From NCBI GenBank assembly GCA_052389535.1, contig JBQTHU010000061.1, positions 82,537 to 146,536 of the forward strand: DNA of 64,000 nucleotides. The letters run 5' to 3'. Each line of letters begins with the position of its first letter. Position 1 is the stretch's first letter. The position numbers and the translations under genes were made by a program. The notes under the pieces are model-generated. The model had not been told where the DNA came from and did not search any database. It saw nothing but the letters and a program-made list of their open reading frames with translations. This DNA is from Betaproteobacteria bacterium (lineage in GTDB: Bacteria > Pseudomonadota > Gammaproteobacteria > Burkholderiales > SG8-41). Below, one piece after another: positions 23,992 through 33,552 of this stretch.

Positions 23992-24749
23992 TGTTGCATG
24001 TGGATGTCGTGACCCTGTTCCCGGCGATGTTCGAGGCCGTGACCGAATGGGGCGTGACCGGGCGAGCGAGCGAGCGCGGCCTCTACCAGCTGGTGGCATG
24101 GAATCCGCGCGATTTCGCCGGCAATCCCTACCGCACGGTCGACGACAGACCGTATGGGGGCGGGCCGGGCATGGTGTTGATGGCGGCGCCCCTGCACCAG
24201 GCGCTCGCTGCCGCGCGCCAGCGGCAGAAGAGCGCGGGAGTGCGCGAGCCGCGGGTGGTGTACCTGTCGCCGCAGGGCCGAGTGCTCGACCATGCCCGCG
24301 TTGCCGAGTACGCGGGCACCCACGGCCTGGTGCTGCTCGCCGGCCGTTATGAGGGCGTGGACGAGCGGGTGATCGAGCAGTGCGTCGACGACGAAGTTTC
24401 CATCGGCGATTATGTGCTCTCGGGCGGAGAACTGGCGGCGATGGTGCTTGTCGATTGCGTGGTTCGGCAGCTGCCGGGCGCGCTGGGAGACGCGGATTCC
24501 GCAGCCGAGGAGTCGTTCGTGCAAGGCTTGCTCGATTGCCCGCATTACACGCGACCGGAGGTTTACGAGGGCCGGTCGGTGCCGCAGGTGCTGCTCTCGG
24601 GCAACCATGCCGAGATCGGGCGCTGGCGGCTCAAGCAGGCGCTGGGCCGTACCTGGCGCCGGCGTCCGGACCTGCTGGCGCGGCGCGCGCTTTCAGCCGA
24701 GGAGCGGGTGCTGCTCGACGAATACACGAAAGAAATGCAAGGAGCATGA
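23991..24749 (+). CDS. trmD: tRNA (guanine-37-N1)-methyltransferase
   Basis: [37 protein letters not shown]. Confidence 0.98.
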   Translation: MLHVDVVTLFPAMFEAVTEWGVTGRASERGLYQLVAWNPRDFAGNPYRTVDDRPYGGGPGMVLMAAPLHQALAAARQRQKSAGVREPRVVYLSPQGRVLDHARVAEYAGTHGLVLLAGRYEGVDERVIEQCVDDEVSIGDYVLSGGELAAMVLVDCVVRQLPGALGDADSAAEESFVQGLLDCPHYTRPEVYEGRSVPQVLLSGNHAEIGRWRLKQALGRTWRRRPDLLARRALSAEERVLLDEYTKEMQGA

Positions 24750-24751
24750 CA

Positions 24752-25141
24752 ATGGACATCATCAAGACGCTCGAGCAGGAAGAAATCAAGCGGCTCGGCA
24801 AGACCATTCCCGATTTCTCGCCCGGCGACACCGTGGTCGTGAACGTCAACGTGGTCGAAGGCGATCGCAAGCGGGTCCAGGCCTACGAAGGCGTGGTGAT
24901 CGGCAAGCGCAGCCGCGGGCTCAATTCATCGTTCATCGTGCGCAAGATTTCATCGGGCGAGGGCGTCGAGCGCACGTTTCAGACCTACTCGCCGATGATC
25001 GCCTCAATCGAGGTGAAGCGCCGCGGCGACGTGGGGCGCTCCAAGCTCTACTACCTGCGGCAGCGCTCGGGCAAAGCGGCGCGCATCAAGGAAAAACTGA
25101 CTGGCGGCGCCGGCGCTGCCGAGACCGAAACCACGGAATAA
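24752..25141 (+). CDS. rplS: 50S ribosomal protein L19
   Basis: [28 protein letters not shown]. Confidence 0.99.
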   Translation: MDIIKTLEQEEIKRLGKTIPDFSPGDTVVVNVNVVEGDRKRVQAYEGVVIGKRSRGLNSSFIVRKISSGEGVERTFQTYSPMIASIEVKRRGDVGRSKLYYLRQRSGKAARIKEKLTGGAGAAETETTE

Positions 25142-25168
25142 CGCTGGCCCGCCGAGGCGCGCCTCGTT

Positions 25169-25921
25169 TCAGCGCGCCTCCGCTTTCCACAGGTCGCTCA
25201 GATACTCGTGGGCTTCGGTGTTCACCCAGCTCGTGCGATACTCGACCGGCAGAGCGTTGTAAGTGTAGGCGACGCGCTTGATCACCAGCACCGGCGCCCG
25301 CAAGCCGATTTTCAGCAGGTGCGCGACTTTCTGCGTGGACTGTGAAGCGGAGAGACGCTCGCCGATGCGGATCACGCTGATGCCATAACGGGCCTGATAC
25401 AGCCCGTAGATCGTGCCGTCGCGGTTCGCAAAGCCCGGTTCATCGAGACCGGGAAACAATGCCTCCGGCACCGAGATCTCGTCGAAGATGACGGGCTTCC
25501 CGCTCAACTTGAGCAGGTTCTGGATGCGCAGCAGGCGACTTCCCGGCGTAATGCCGAGCCGCGCGCCTTCTTCATTGCCCGCCTTCGCCCGGCGAAAGGA
25601 AAGCAGCTCCGTGACCGGCAACTCCTTGCTGCCGTCCTTGCCCACGATGTGAAAGAAGAAAAACAGCGTGCGGTCTTCGGAATGCGTGGCGACGAAAGTG
25701 CCGCGGCCCTGCTGCCGCAGCAGGATCTTCTCGGCCACCAGCTCGTCGATCGCCTTGCGGACCGTTCCGATCGAGACCGCGAAGTCGCGCGCGAGCCGCG
25801 ATTCGCTCGGGATCGAGTCGCCGGGCTTCCAGACGCCCGCCGCGAGCTCCCGCGTGATGCGGCTTTTTACTTCCTTGTAGAGCGGGTTGGGCGTAACGTT
25901 TCCCGCGAGCGGAACGATCAT
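25169..25921 (-). CDS. GntR/HutC (UTRA) transcriptional regulator, divergent from the sulfonate cluster
   Basis: PLYKEVK...IPSE...VSIGTVRKAIDEL...QGRGTFV wHTH plus UTRA C-terminus. Confidence 0.93.
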   Translation of the reverse strand: MIVPLAGNVTPNPLYKEVKSRITRELAAGVWKPGDSIPSESRLARDFAVSIGTVRKAIDELVAEKILLRQQGRGTFVATHSEDRTLFFFFHIVGKDGSKELPVTELLSFRRAKAGNEEGARLGITPGSRLLRIQNLLKLSGKPVIFDEISVPEALFPGLDEPGFANRDGTIYGLYQARYGISVIRIGERLSASQSTQKVAHLLKIGLRAPVLVIKRVAYTYNALPVEYRTSWVNTEAHEYLSDLWKAEAR

Positions 25922-25969
25922 CTGCAATCCCGTGAACGGCCCGGCATATTAGCATCCGATGCGCGAGAT

Positions 25970-26016
25970 TCATATAGGTCATATAGTTGACTTCGGGCCG
26001 CTCCGAGGCGTAGAGT
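25970..26016 (+). promoter_or_regulatory. Tandem TCATATAG repeat (candidate operator) abutting a sigma70 promoter for suyA
   Basis: TCATATAG at 25970-25977 and 25979-25986, then TTGACT-18 nt-TAGAGT. Confidence 0.5.
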
Positions 26017-26067
26017 TCGCGGTTCACGCGCCCGCTCCGCCGGGTGCGGGCTCCCAAGGAGGACCGC

Positions 26068-26349
26068 ATGATTCACATACTCGTGCACGACAGGAAGGAC
26101 ACCGTGGGTGTCGCGGTGGTGGAGGGCATCAAGGCCGGGCAGGAACTGGTCGGCTGGGTGATGGAAGACGATTCCACCATCAAGGTGAAAGCGCTGAACG
26201 ACGTTCCGATCGGGCACAAGGTCGCCACTCAGGACATCGGAAAGGGCGAAACGGTCATCAAGTACGGCTACGATATCGGCAAGGCGGTGTCCGATATCAA
26301 GACCGGCGAGCACGCCCACGTGCACAACATCAAGACCAAGCGCTGGTAG
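26068..26349 (+). CDS. suyA: (2R)-sulfolactate sulfo-lyase alpha subunit (SAF domain)
   Basis: [44 protein letters not shown]; paired with suyB. Confidence 0.85.
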   Translation: MIHILVHDRKDTVGVAVVEGIKAGQELVGWVMEDDSTIKVKALNDVPIGHKVATQDIGKGETVIKYGYDIGKAVSDIKTGEHAHVHNIKTKRW

Positions 26350-26378
26350 CCCGGAACTCACTGCAAAGGATTGCGACC

Positions 26379-27548
26379 ATGATCAACAGCAACACCACTT
26401 TCTGGGGCTATCGCCGCGAGAACGGCCGTGTCGGCGTACGCAACCACGTGATCATCCTTCCCGTGGACGATCTCTCGAACGCCGCGTGCGAGGCGGTCGC
26501 GAACAACATCAAGGGCACGCTCGGGATCGCCCATCCTTACGGACGGCTCCAGTTCGGCGCCGACCTCGATCTGCATTTCCGGACGCTGATTGGCGCGGGC
26601 TCCAACCCCAACGTCGCTGCCGTGGTCGTGATCGGCATCGAAGAGGGCTGGACCAAACGCATCGTCGACGGCATTGCCAGGACCGGGAAGCCCGTGACCG
26701 GATACGGCATCGAGCTGCACGGCGATCACGACACCATCATGCGGGCTTCCAAGGTCGCGAAGGAGTACGTGCAGTGGGCGTCCGAGTTGCGGCGCGAGGC
26801 GGCCCCGATCAGCGATCTCTGGGTTTCCACCAAGTGCGGCGAGTCGGACACGACTTCGGGCTGCGGCTCGAATCCCACGGTGGGCAGCGCGTTCGACAAG
26901 CTCGAGCCGCTGGGCGTCACCATGTGCTTCGGCGAAACGACCGAGATCACCGGCGGCGAGCACATCGTCGCGGACCGGTGCGCGACGCCGGAAGTGCGTG
27001 AGCGCTTCATGTTCATGTTCAACCGCTATCAGGACGTGGTGGAGCGCCACAAGACCGACGATCTTTCGGAGTCGCAGCCGACCAAGGGCAACATCGCGGG
27101 CGGTCTCACCACGATCGAGGAAAAGGCGCTCGGCAACATCCAGAAAATCGGCAAGAACTGCAAGGTGATCGGCGTGCTCGACAAGGCCGAGACGCCGACC
27201 CGTCCCGGACTGTGGTTCATGGATTCCTCCTCCGCCGCGGCGGAGATGGTGACGCTGTGCGCCGCCTCCGGTTACGTGGTTCATTTTTTCCCGACCGGGC
27301 AGGGCAACGTCATCGGCAATCCGATTCTCCCTGTGATCAAGCTGTGCGCCAACCCGCGCACCGTGCGCACCATGTCCGAGCACATCGACTACGACTGCTC
27401 GGGGCTGCTGCAGCGGCAGAAGAATCTGGACCAGACCGGCGACGAGCTGATCGAAGTCATGCTGCGCACCTGTAACGGGCGGCTTACCGCGGCCGAGGCG
27501 CTGGGGCACCGGGAATTCGTCATGACCCGGCTGTACGAATCGGCGTAA
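26379..27548 (+). CDS. suyB: (2R)-sulfolactate sulfo-lyase beta subunit (UxaA family)
   Basis: [65 protein letters not shown], which I recognise as SuyB-type rather than altronate dehydratase. Confidence 0.87.
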   Translation: MINSNTTFWGYRRENGRVGVRNHVIILPVDDLSNAACEAVANNIKGTLGIAHPYGRLQFGADLDLHFRTLIGAGSNPNVAAVVVIGIEEGWTKRIVDGIARTGKPVTGYGIELHGDHDTIMRASKVAKEYVQWASELRREAAPISDLWVSTKCGESDTTSGCGSNPTVGSAFDKLEPLGVTMCFGETTEITGGEHIVADRCATPEVRERFMFMFNRYQDVVERHKTDDLSESQPTKGNIAGGLTTIEEKALGNIQKIGKNCKVIGVLDKAETPTRPGLWFMDSSSAAAEMVTLCAASGYVVHFFPTGQGNVIGNPILPVIKLCANPRTVRTMSEHIDYDCSGLLQRQKNLDQTGDELIEVMLRTCNGRLTAAEALGHREFVMTRLYESA

Positions 27549-27633
27549 CTTCACCCGCGAGGAAACCGGAGCGCAGTGGGCAAATTACGCTGCGGGCGCC
27601 CGCGGTCGCGGGCGTCGTGAGGACTCCTGACGC

Positions 27634-28350
27634 ATGAGCGTGCTCGAGGTCAGTGTGTGGCGGGGCGGTGAGTCCGGCCGCTTCCAGCGCTACGAGGTGC
27701 CGCGGCTCGAGAGCCAGACGGTGCTCGATGTCGTCAGCCATATTCAGCACCGCATCGATCCCACGCTTGCGTACCGCTACGCCTGTCGTGTCGGCATGTG
27801 CGGCTCCTGCGCCATGACGGTGAACGGCAAGGCACGCTGGACCTGCCGCACGCACGTCGCGAAAGTCGTCGCCGGCAACCGGCTGGAGATCGCCCCGCTC
27901 GCCAATCTTCCGGTGGTGCGCGACCTCGTCACGGACATGACGGCGTTCTTCGAGAAATGGCAGCGTGCGCGCGGGCGGTTCCAGGGCGACAAGACACGCC
28001 GGGACGAGGTCGCGCGTGTGCCGCCCGAGTCTCCGCAGCGCAAGGCGGTCGATGCGGGCATCGAATGCATCGGCTGCGGCGTGTGCTACAGCGCGTGCGA
28101 CGTCGTGTCGTGGAATCCTGATTACCTGGGCCCCGCGGCGCTCAACCGCGCCTGGACGCTGGTGAACGACGTGCGCGATACCGATAACCGTGCCCGGCTT
28201 GCGGCGGTCGCGGGCGACGCCGGCTGCCACGCCTGTCACACGCACATGACCTGCACCGAGCGCTGTCCCAAGCATATCGCTCCGACGGCCGGCATTTCCG
28301 GACTCAAGAAACGGGCGCTGATGGCGGCGCTGCGGGGCGAGCTCGACTGA
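27634..28350 (+). CDS. SdhB/FrdB-like iron-sulfur subunit (paralogue)
   Basis: CRVGMCGSC...C [2Fe-2S], CIGCGVCYSAC, YLGPAAL, CHTHMTCTERCP. Confidence 0.92.
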   Translation: MSVLEVSVWRGGESGRFQRYEVPRLESQTVLDVVSHIQHRIDPTLAYRYACRVGMCGSCAMTVNGKARWTCRTHVAKVVAGNRLEIAPLANLPVVRDLVTDMTAFFEKWQRARGRFQGDKTRRDEVARVPPESPQRKAVDAGIECIGCGVCYSACDVVSWNPDYLGPAALNRAWTLVNDVRDTDNRARLAAVAGDAGCHACHTHMTCTERCPKHIAPTAGISGLKKRALMAALRGELD

Positions 28351-28728
28351 GAGTGCCTAACATGATGAAGCGCGTGCTGCGCTGTCACGATTTTGGCTCA
28401 GGACGCGAAGCGACCCGCAGTGAATATCGCGAATATTCACCAGGGGCGCGCCAAAGTCATGAGCCAAAATTCGTGCCAGCCCGAAGGGTTGCGGCCACAA
28501 TCGGTCGGCTTGCTCATGCGCCCCGGCCTCGGTCTCGCGCAGCGTGGTGCGGGACGGGGCGCGGAGCGGCGTGTTCCACCGATAGCGACAAGGGGCTTAC
28601 GCGGTTGCTCCCGCAAACGGGCCTGCGGCTAACGAGTCGCAGCCGCCGCGATATGAGCTGCGCCGCCCTTCGCGTCATCCACGATTCTGGCTCGCAACGC
28701 ACACGTGCTTCATTATGTCAGGCACTCT
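28350..28728. mobile_element. Non-autonomous MITE-like structured element (379 bp)
   Basis: Terminal inverted repeats AGAGTGCCTAACATGATGAAGC / GCTTCATTATGTCAGGCACTCT (20 of 22 match); nested internal palindromes; no transposase. Confidence 0.8.
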
Positions 28729-28741
28729 AAGGCCGCACGCC

Positions 28742-29080
28742 ATGCGTTCCCGATCCCAGGTCCTGCTGTGGGGCGCGCAACGGGCGAGCGCGGCAGTGCT
28801 CGGCGTATGCGTGCTGGTGCATCTTGTCACCATCGTGTATGCAACCCGAAACGGGCTCAGCGCGGCGGAAATTCTCGGCCGAACCCGCGGCAATTCGATG
28901 TGGTTCGCGTTTTACCTGCTCTTTGTCGCGGCCGTCGCAGTGCATGCGCCGATCGGATTGCGGGCCATCGTGTCGGAAGCGACCGGCTGGCGCGGCCGAT
29001 CGCTCGACGTCTGCATCCTGTCGACCGGGCTGCTGCTGGCGGCGTGGGGCGTTCGGGCTGTCTGGGCGATGTTCGCGTGA
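28742..29080 (+). CDS. SdhD-like hydrophobic membrane anchor
   Basis: QRASAAVL, HAPIGLR (heme-His motif), three TM segments. Confidence 0.82.
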   Translation: MRSRSQVLLWGAQRASAAVLGVCVLVHLVTIVYATRNGLSAAEILGRTRGNSMWFAFYLLFVAAVAVHAPIGLRAIVSEATGWRGRSLDVCILSTGLLLAAWGVRAVWAMFA

Positions 29081-29424
29081 AGAACGATTTCCGCGCCCGC
29101 AACCATCCCGCGTACTGGGCGTTTCTCGTCCACCGTTTCTCGGGGCTGCTGCTTGCGCTCTTTCTGCCGCTGCACTTCTGGGCGCTCGGACAGGCGCTGC
29201 ATGGTGAAGCTGCATTGGACAGTTTTCTGCGCTGGACCGAGCAGCCGCTGGTCAAGCTGGCCGAGGTCGTGCTGGTCGTCCTGCTCGCAGCGCACATGAC
29301 CGGGGGGATCCGGTTGTTGATGCTGGAATTCCTGGCGTGGCGCGACTGGCACAAGAGCCTGGCCGCGGCGGCGGCGGGTATCAGCCTTGCGGCGGGTCTG
29401 CTGTTTCTGCTCAACGTGGTTTGA
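29077..29424 (+). CDS. SdhC-like cytochrome b556 subunit
   Basis: HRFSG, LPLHF, HMTGGIRL; GTGA overlap with the upstream gene. Confidence 0.85.
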   Translation: MKNDFRARNHPAYWAFLVHRFSGLLLALFLPLHFWALGQALHGEAALDSFLRWTEQPLVKLAEVVLVVLLAAHMTGGIRLLMLEFLAWRDWHKSLAAAAAGISLAAGLLFLLNVV

Positions 29425-29428
29425 GCGC

Positions 29429-30172
29429 GTGAGCGCGACGCCGGCGGACTTCGGCCTCATCGCCGCCGGCGCATTCCTCGCGGCCCTGGCGATCGGAAGC
29501 GCCGGCTTTGCGTTTGCGATCGTGGTCACGGGATTCTGGATACACGTGCTGCCGCCGCCGGCGCTGGTGCTGCTGGCGGCGATATGCGCGACGCTGCTGC
29601 ACGCGACCAGCATCTGGCGTTTCCGCCGGGAGATCGAGTATGCACTGCTGTGGCCGTTTCTCGTGGGTGCCGTGCTGGGCGTGCCGCTCGGGGTGGCGGC
29701 GCTCGGGCATGTCGACGCGGCGCTCTTCCGGCACCTGTTCGGGGCGTTCATGATTGCCTACAGCGTGTACATGCTGGCGCGCCCGCGCCTTCACGTGGTA
29801 CGGATGAATCCCACGGCAGCGCGCGCCGCGGATGCCGTCGTCGGCTGGGTAAGCGGCGTGCTCGGCGGGCTCGCCATGCTGCAGGGCACGCTCACCACGA
29901 TCTGGTGCGGAATGCGGGGTTGGGACAAGCGGCGCAGCCGTTGCGTGTACCAGCCGTACATCGGCTTCACGGCGCTGCTCATCATGGCGGTCGCGGGACT
30001 CCACGTCGAGGTGGACCCGAAACTGTTCGGGGGATATCTTCTCGTTTGCCTGCCTGCGCTCGCGGCCGGACTGTGGCTGGGGTTGCGCGTGTTCGACTGG
30101 ATCAGCGAGGAACGCTTCCGGCGCCTGCTGTTGTGGCTCATTCTCGCCTCCGGCCTCACGCTGCAATTCTAA
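29429..30172 (+). CDS. TauE/SafE family sulfite/organosulfonate exporter
   Basis: ~8 TM segments, GFAFAIV, GAVLGVPLG, SGVLGGL, ISEERFRRLLL. Confidence 0.8.
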   Translation: MSATPADFGLIAAGAFLAALAIGSAGFAFAIVVTGFWIHVLPPPALVLLAAICATLLHATSIWRFRREIEYALLWPFLVGAVLGVPLGVAALGHVDAALFRHLFGAFMIAYSVYMLARPRLHVVRMNPTAARAADAVVGWVSGVLGGLAMLQGTLTTIWCGMRGWDKRRSRCVYQPYIGFTALLIMAVAGLHVEVDPKLFGGYLLVCLPALAAGLWLGLRVFDWISEERFRRLLLWLILASGLTLQF

Positions 30173-30215
30173 AGCGCGGCAGGAACGGTCGTTCGTGTAG
30201 CACAAGGAACGGAAC

Positions 30216-31592
30216 ATGAAAAGAAAACCCAATTTCCTGATCATACTGGTGGACGACCTGAGGTTCGACGAATTTGGCGCGGGCGGCCATCCCTACATGC
30301 GAACGCCGCACATCGACCGCATCGCTCATGAAGGGGCGCTGTTCGAGCGCGCTTTTCACACGACGCCGATCTGCTCTCCGAATCGCGCTTCGATACTGAC
30401 CGGCCAGTACGCGAGCCGCCACGGCATCATCGATAACGTCGCGCGCGACGCCGCGAGTCACCGCCTGCCCAACTATCATCTCGAGCTGCAGCGTCTCGGT
30501 TACGAGACCGCGCACATCGGCAAGTGGCACATGGGCAACGACGGCAAGCCGCGCCCGGGCTACGACTACTGGGTGGCGTACGACGGTCATGGGCGGCTCA
30601 ACGACCCGAAATTGAACGAGAACGGCACTTACGCGCAGCGCCAGGGTTACGTCACGGACATCATGAACGAGATGGCCGTGGCGTACGTGAGGAAGCGGCA
30701 CGACAAGCCGTGGTCGCTGTGGTTTGCGCACAAGGCGGTGCATCCCGACGCCGAGCAGGCTGCGGACGGCACGTTCAGGATGGACGGCTACCGGCCCGCG
30801 GAGCGGCACAAAGACTTGTATCGCGGCTGCGTATTCCCCAGCAAGCCGAACATGCTCGCCCCCGAGGAAATCGTCAGACAGAAGCCGGCATGGGCCGAAG
30901 CGCTGGAGCTGCGCAAAAACGCGCAGTCGCGCGCGCTGCTGGATGCCATACACGCCGGGACGCAGGAGGAGATCCGGCTGCGCGCGGCGATGATGGCCTC
31001 GGTGGAGGAGGGGATCGGCCTGCTGCTTCAGGCGCTGGAAGAGACCGGGCAGCTGGACGACACCTTTATCCTGTTTCTCGGCGACAACGGCTACTTCTTC
31101 GGCGAGCACGGGCTCGGCCCCGAGCGCCGCTTCGCCTACGAGGAAGGCATACGCTGTCCGTTCATCATGCGCTATCCGCGGCGGATCAGGACGGGAATGC
31201 GCAACCGCGATCTCGTGCTCTGCCAGGACATCGCGCCGACGCTGATCGAGCTTGCCGGCGGCAAGCCCGGGCCGCAGATCCAGGGCCGCTCACTGCTGCC
31301 CCTGCTCGCGGGCAAGCGCGCCGGCTGGCGCAAGTCGTTCCTGATCGAATATTGGGCGGAGAACGCCTATCCGTGGCTGATCGGCATGTCGTACAAGGCG
31401 GTGCGCGGCGAGCGCTACAAGTACATACACTGGATCAATCGCGGTCGCGCGGGCGAACTGGATGAGCTGTATGACCTGGAGAAAGATCCCTATGAGCTGG
31501 TCAACCGCGTCCGCCGGCCGCCGTACCGCGCGGTGCGCGAGAAACTGAAGCGCGAGTTGCGGCAGCTCACTGCCGAGGCGATAGGCCTCTAG
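30216..31592 (+). CDS. Formylglycine-dependent sulfatase (Cys type, cytoplasmic)
   Basis: PNFLIILVDD, CSPNR (CxPxR), GKWH, DNG, ELYDLEKDPYE; no signal peptide. Confidence 0.92.
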   Translation: MKRKPNFLIILVDDLRFDEFGAGGHPYMRTPHIDRIAHEGALFERAFHTTPICSPNRASILTGQYASRHGIIDNVARDAASHRLPNYHLELQRLGYETAHIGKWHMGNDGKPRPGYDYWVAYDGHGRLNDPKLNENGTYAQRQGYVTDIMNEMAVAYVRKRHDKPWSLWFAHKAVHPDAEQAADGTFRMDGYRPAERHKDLYRGCVFPSKPNMLAPEEIVRQKPAWAEALELRKNAQSRALLDAIHAGTQEEIRLRAAMMASVEEGIGLLLQALEETGQLDDTFILFLGDNGYFFGEHGLGPERRFAYEEGIRCPFIMRYPRRIRTGMRNRDLVLCQDIAPTLIELAGGKPGPQIQGRSLLPLLAGKRAGWRKSFLIEYWAENAYPWLIGMSYKAVRGERYKYIHWINRGRAGELDELYDLEKDPYELVNRVRRPPYRAVREKLKRELRQLTAEAIGL

Positions 31593-31677
31593 CGCGGCTT
31601 GCCGCTTTGCGCGGTATTGCGGTATGGTGGGTGCTCCATAGAATCTCTCCATTACAACAAGGAATACGGAGGAAGAT

Positions 31678-32640
31678 ATGCGTACTGCAAACTGGATTGC
31701 AGCGATTGTTCTGGCGATGGCGGCGACCGGTGCCGCGGCGCAGAGCTATCCCGCCAAGGCGGTGCGGATCATCGTGCCGTTCTCGCCGGGCGGCGCCACC
31801 GATATCGTGACGCGCATCCTGGCGCAGAAACTCACCGACTCGTGGGGCCAAACCATCGTGGTGGACAATCGCGCGGGAGCCGGCGGAAACATCGGCGCCG
31901 ACCTCGCGGCGAAAGCGTCTCCCGACGGCTATACGCTGTTCATGCCCTCGGGCTCGGTGATGACGGCGAACCAGCACATCTACAGGAAGCTCTCTTTCAA
32001 TGCCGAGAGAGATTTCATCGCGATTACGAATGTGGCGAGCGGTCCGCAGATCGTGGCGGTCACGAATACCATGCCGGTGAAGACGCTGAAGGATCTCATC
32101 GCCCTTGCCAAAGCGCGGCCCAGGGACATCACGTTCGGCTCGGCCGGATTCGGCACGCAGACCCATCTCGCCGCGGAAAACTTTCTTTACAGCGCAAAGA
32201 TCGAAGCGACCCACATTCCCTACAAGGGCGAGGGTCCCGCGCTCGCCGATCTCGCGGGGGGGCAGATCCAGCTCCTGACACCGAATCTGTCGGCCGCAAC
32301 GACCTTCCTCACCTCCGGCAAGATCCGCGCGCTCGCGGTGACGAGCAGGGAGCGGGCGCCACAACTTCCCAACGTGCCAGCGGTCGCGGAGTTTGTGCCG
32401 GGTTTCGAGAACCTCGGGTGGTTCGGTCTGGTCGCACCCGCCGGCACGCCGGCCGCCATCGTGAAGAAGGTTCACGCCGATACGGTGAAGGCGCTGCAGA
32501 GCGCAGACGTCAGGAAACGCTTCAGCGAACTCGGCATGGTGCCGGTCGGAAACACGCCCGAGGAGTTCGCCAAGGCGATGAAGGAGGAAACGATGCGCTG
32601 GGCGAAAGTCGTGCGCGAGCGCAAGCTGCAGCTCGACTGA
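31678..32640 (+). CDS. Bug/TctC tripartite tricarboxylate transporter substrate-binding protein
   Basis: Signal peptide, YPAKAVRIIVPFSPGGATD, NRAGAGG, PDGYTL, HIPYKG. Confidence 0.94.
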   Translation: MRTANWIAAIVLAMAATGAAAQSYPAKAVRIIVPFSPGGATDIVTRILAQKLTDSWGQTIVVDNRAGAGGNIGADLAAKASPDGYTLFMPSGSVMTANQHIYRKLSFNAERDFIAITNVASGPQIVAVTNTMPVKTLKDLIALAKARPRDITFGSAGFGTQTHLAAENFLYSAKIEATHIPYKGEGPALADLAGGQIQLLTPNLSAATTFLTSGKIRALAVTSRERAPQLPNVPAVAEFVPGFENLGWFGLVAPAGTPAAIVKKVHADTVKALQSADVRKRFSELGMVPVGNTPEEFAKAMKEETMRWAKVVRERKLQLD

Positions 32641-32674
32641 TGCAGGCGCGATCACCTTTGAATCACAGGATGGA

Positions 32675-33550
32675 ATGAAAGTCGATCTGAAAACAGTCGA
32701 GGAAGCGTGCAAGGAGCTGTACATCCGCGCGCTCAAGCTGCTCCCTCCCGACATCAAGGCGGGTTTCCAGCGCCTGGACCGCGCGGAGACCGATCCGACG
32801 GGCAAGGCGATCCTCGGCACGATGATCAGGAACATCCGGGTGGCCGAGGACACCCATAACCTGCTGAGCCAGGACACCGGCATTCCGATCTACAACGTTG
32901 CGATCGGGTCAGGCGTGGAAGTGGACGGCTACGCGCTCAAGCGCGCGATCGTGAAGGGTTGCGAGCGCGCCACCCGTGAGCACCCGCTGCGCTCGTCGGT
33001 GGTGCATCCGGTCACGCGGCGCAACGAGCACACCTCGTGCGGACGTGCGGTGCCGGTGGTAAACATCGACTTCGTGCAGGACGCCGAGACGCTGTCGATC
33101 GAGATGATCCCGAAAGGCTCGGGCTCGGAGAACAATTCCTGGCTCAAGATGGCGGTGCCGGCGGACGGCATCGACGCCATCAAGACGTTCGTGATCGATT
33201 GCGTGCTGGAGGCGGGCGGCAAGACCTGTCCGCCTACCATAGTCGGCGTCGGCGTCGGCGGCACGGCGGATCTCTGCGTGCATCTTTCGAAGGTGGCCGC
33301 GACCCGCCCGCTCGGCTCGCAATGTGACGACCCGGAAGGGGCGAGACTGGAGCAGGAATTGAGCCGGGCGGTGAATCAGCTCGGCGTCGGCCCGCAGGGT
33401 CTGGGCGGCGATTCGACTTCGTTCGCCGTTCACGTCGAGACCGCCGCCACGCACATCACGATGAACCCGGTTGCCGTCAACATGCAGTGCCATTCCGCGC
33501 GCCGCGCGCGCGCGACTTTTACGCCGCGCGGGCTCGAGTACGGGTTCTGA
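32675..33550 (+). CDS. Class I fumarate hydratase/tartrate dehydratase alpha subunit-like
   Basis: SQDTG (canonical CQDTG), KGSGSEN, CPP, GVGPQGLGG, QCHSAR. Confidence 0.9.
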   Translation: MKVDLKTVEEACKELYIRALKLLPPDIKAGFQRLDRAETDPTGKAILGTMIRNIRVAEDTHNLLSQDTGIPIYNVAIGSGVEVDGYALKRAIVKGCERATREHPLRSSVVHPVTRRNEHTSCGRAVPVVNIDFVQDAETLSIEMIPKGSGSENNSWLKMAVPADGIDAIKTFVIDCVLEAGGKTCPPTIVGVGVGGTADLCVHLSKVAATRPLGSQCDDPEGARLEQELSRAVNQLGVGPQGLGGDSTSFAVHVETAATHITMNPVAVNMQCHSARRARATFTPRGLEYGF

Positions 33551-33552
33551 GC

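Noticed and set aside
26068..27548. Altronate/galactarate dehydratase (uxaA/garD)
   Set aside because: Split two-subunit form, SuyB-type motifs, and TauE and ComC-like neighbours point to sulfolactate sulfo-lyase
28353..28730. 125-aa ORF and other short ORFs in the sdhB-sdhD gap
   Set aside because: They lie inside the inverted-repeat element and have no protein-like motifs
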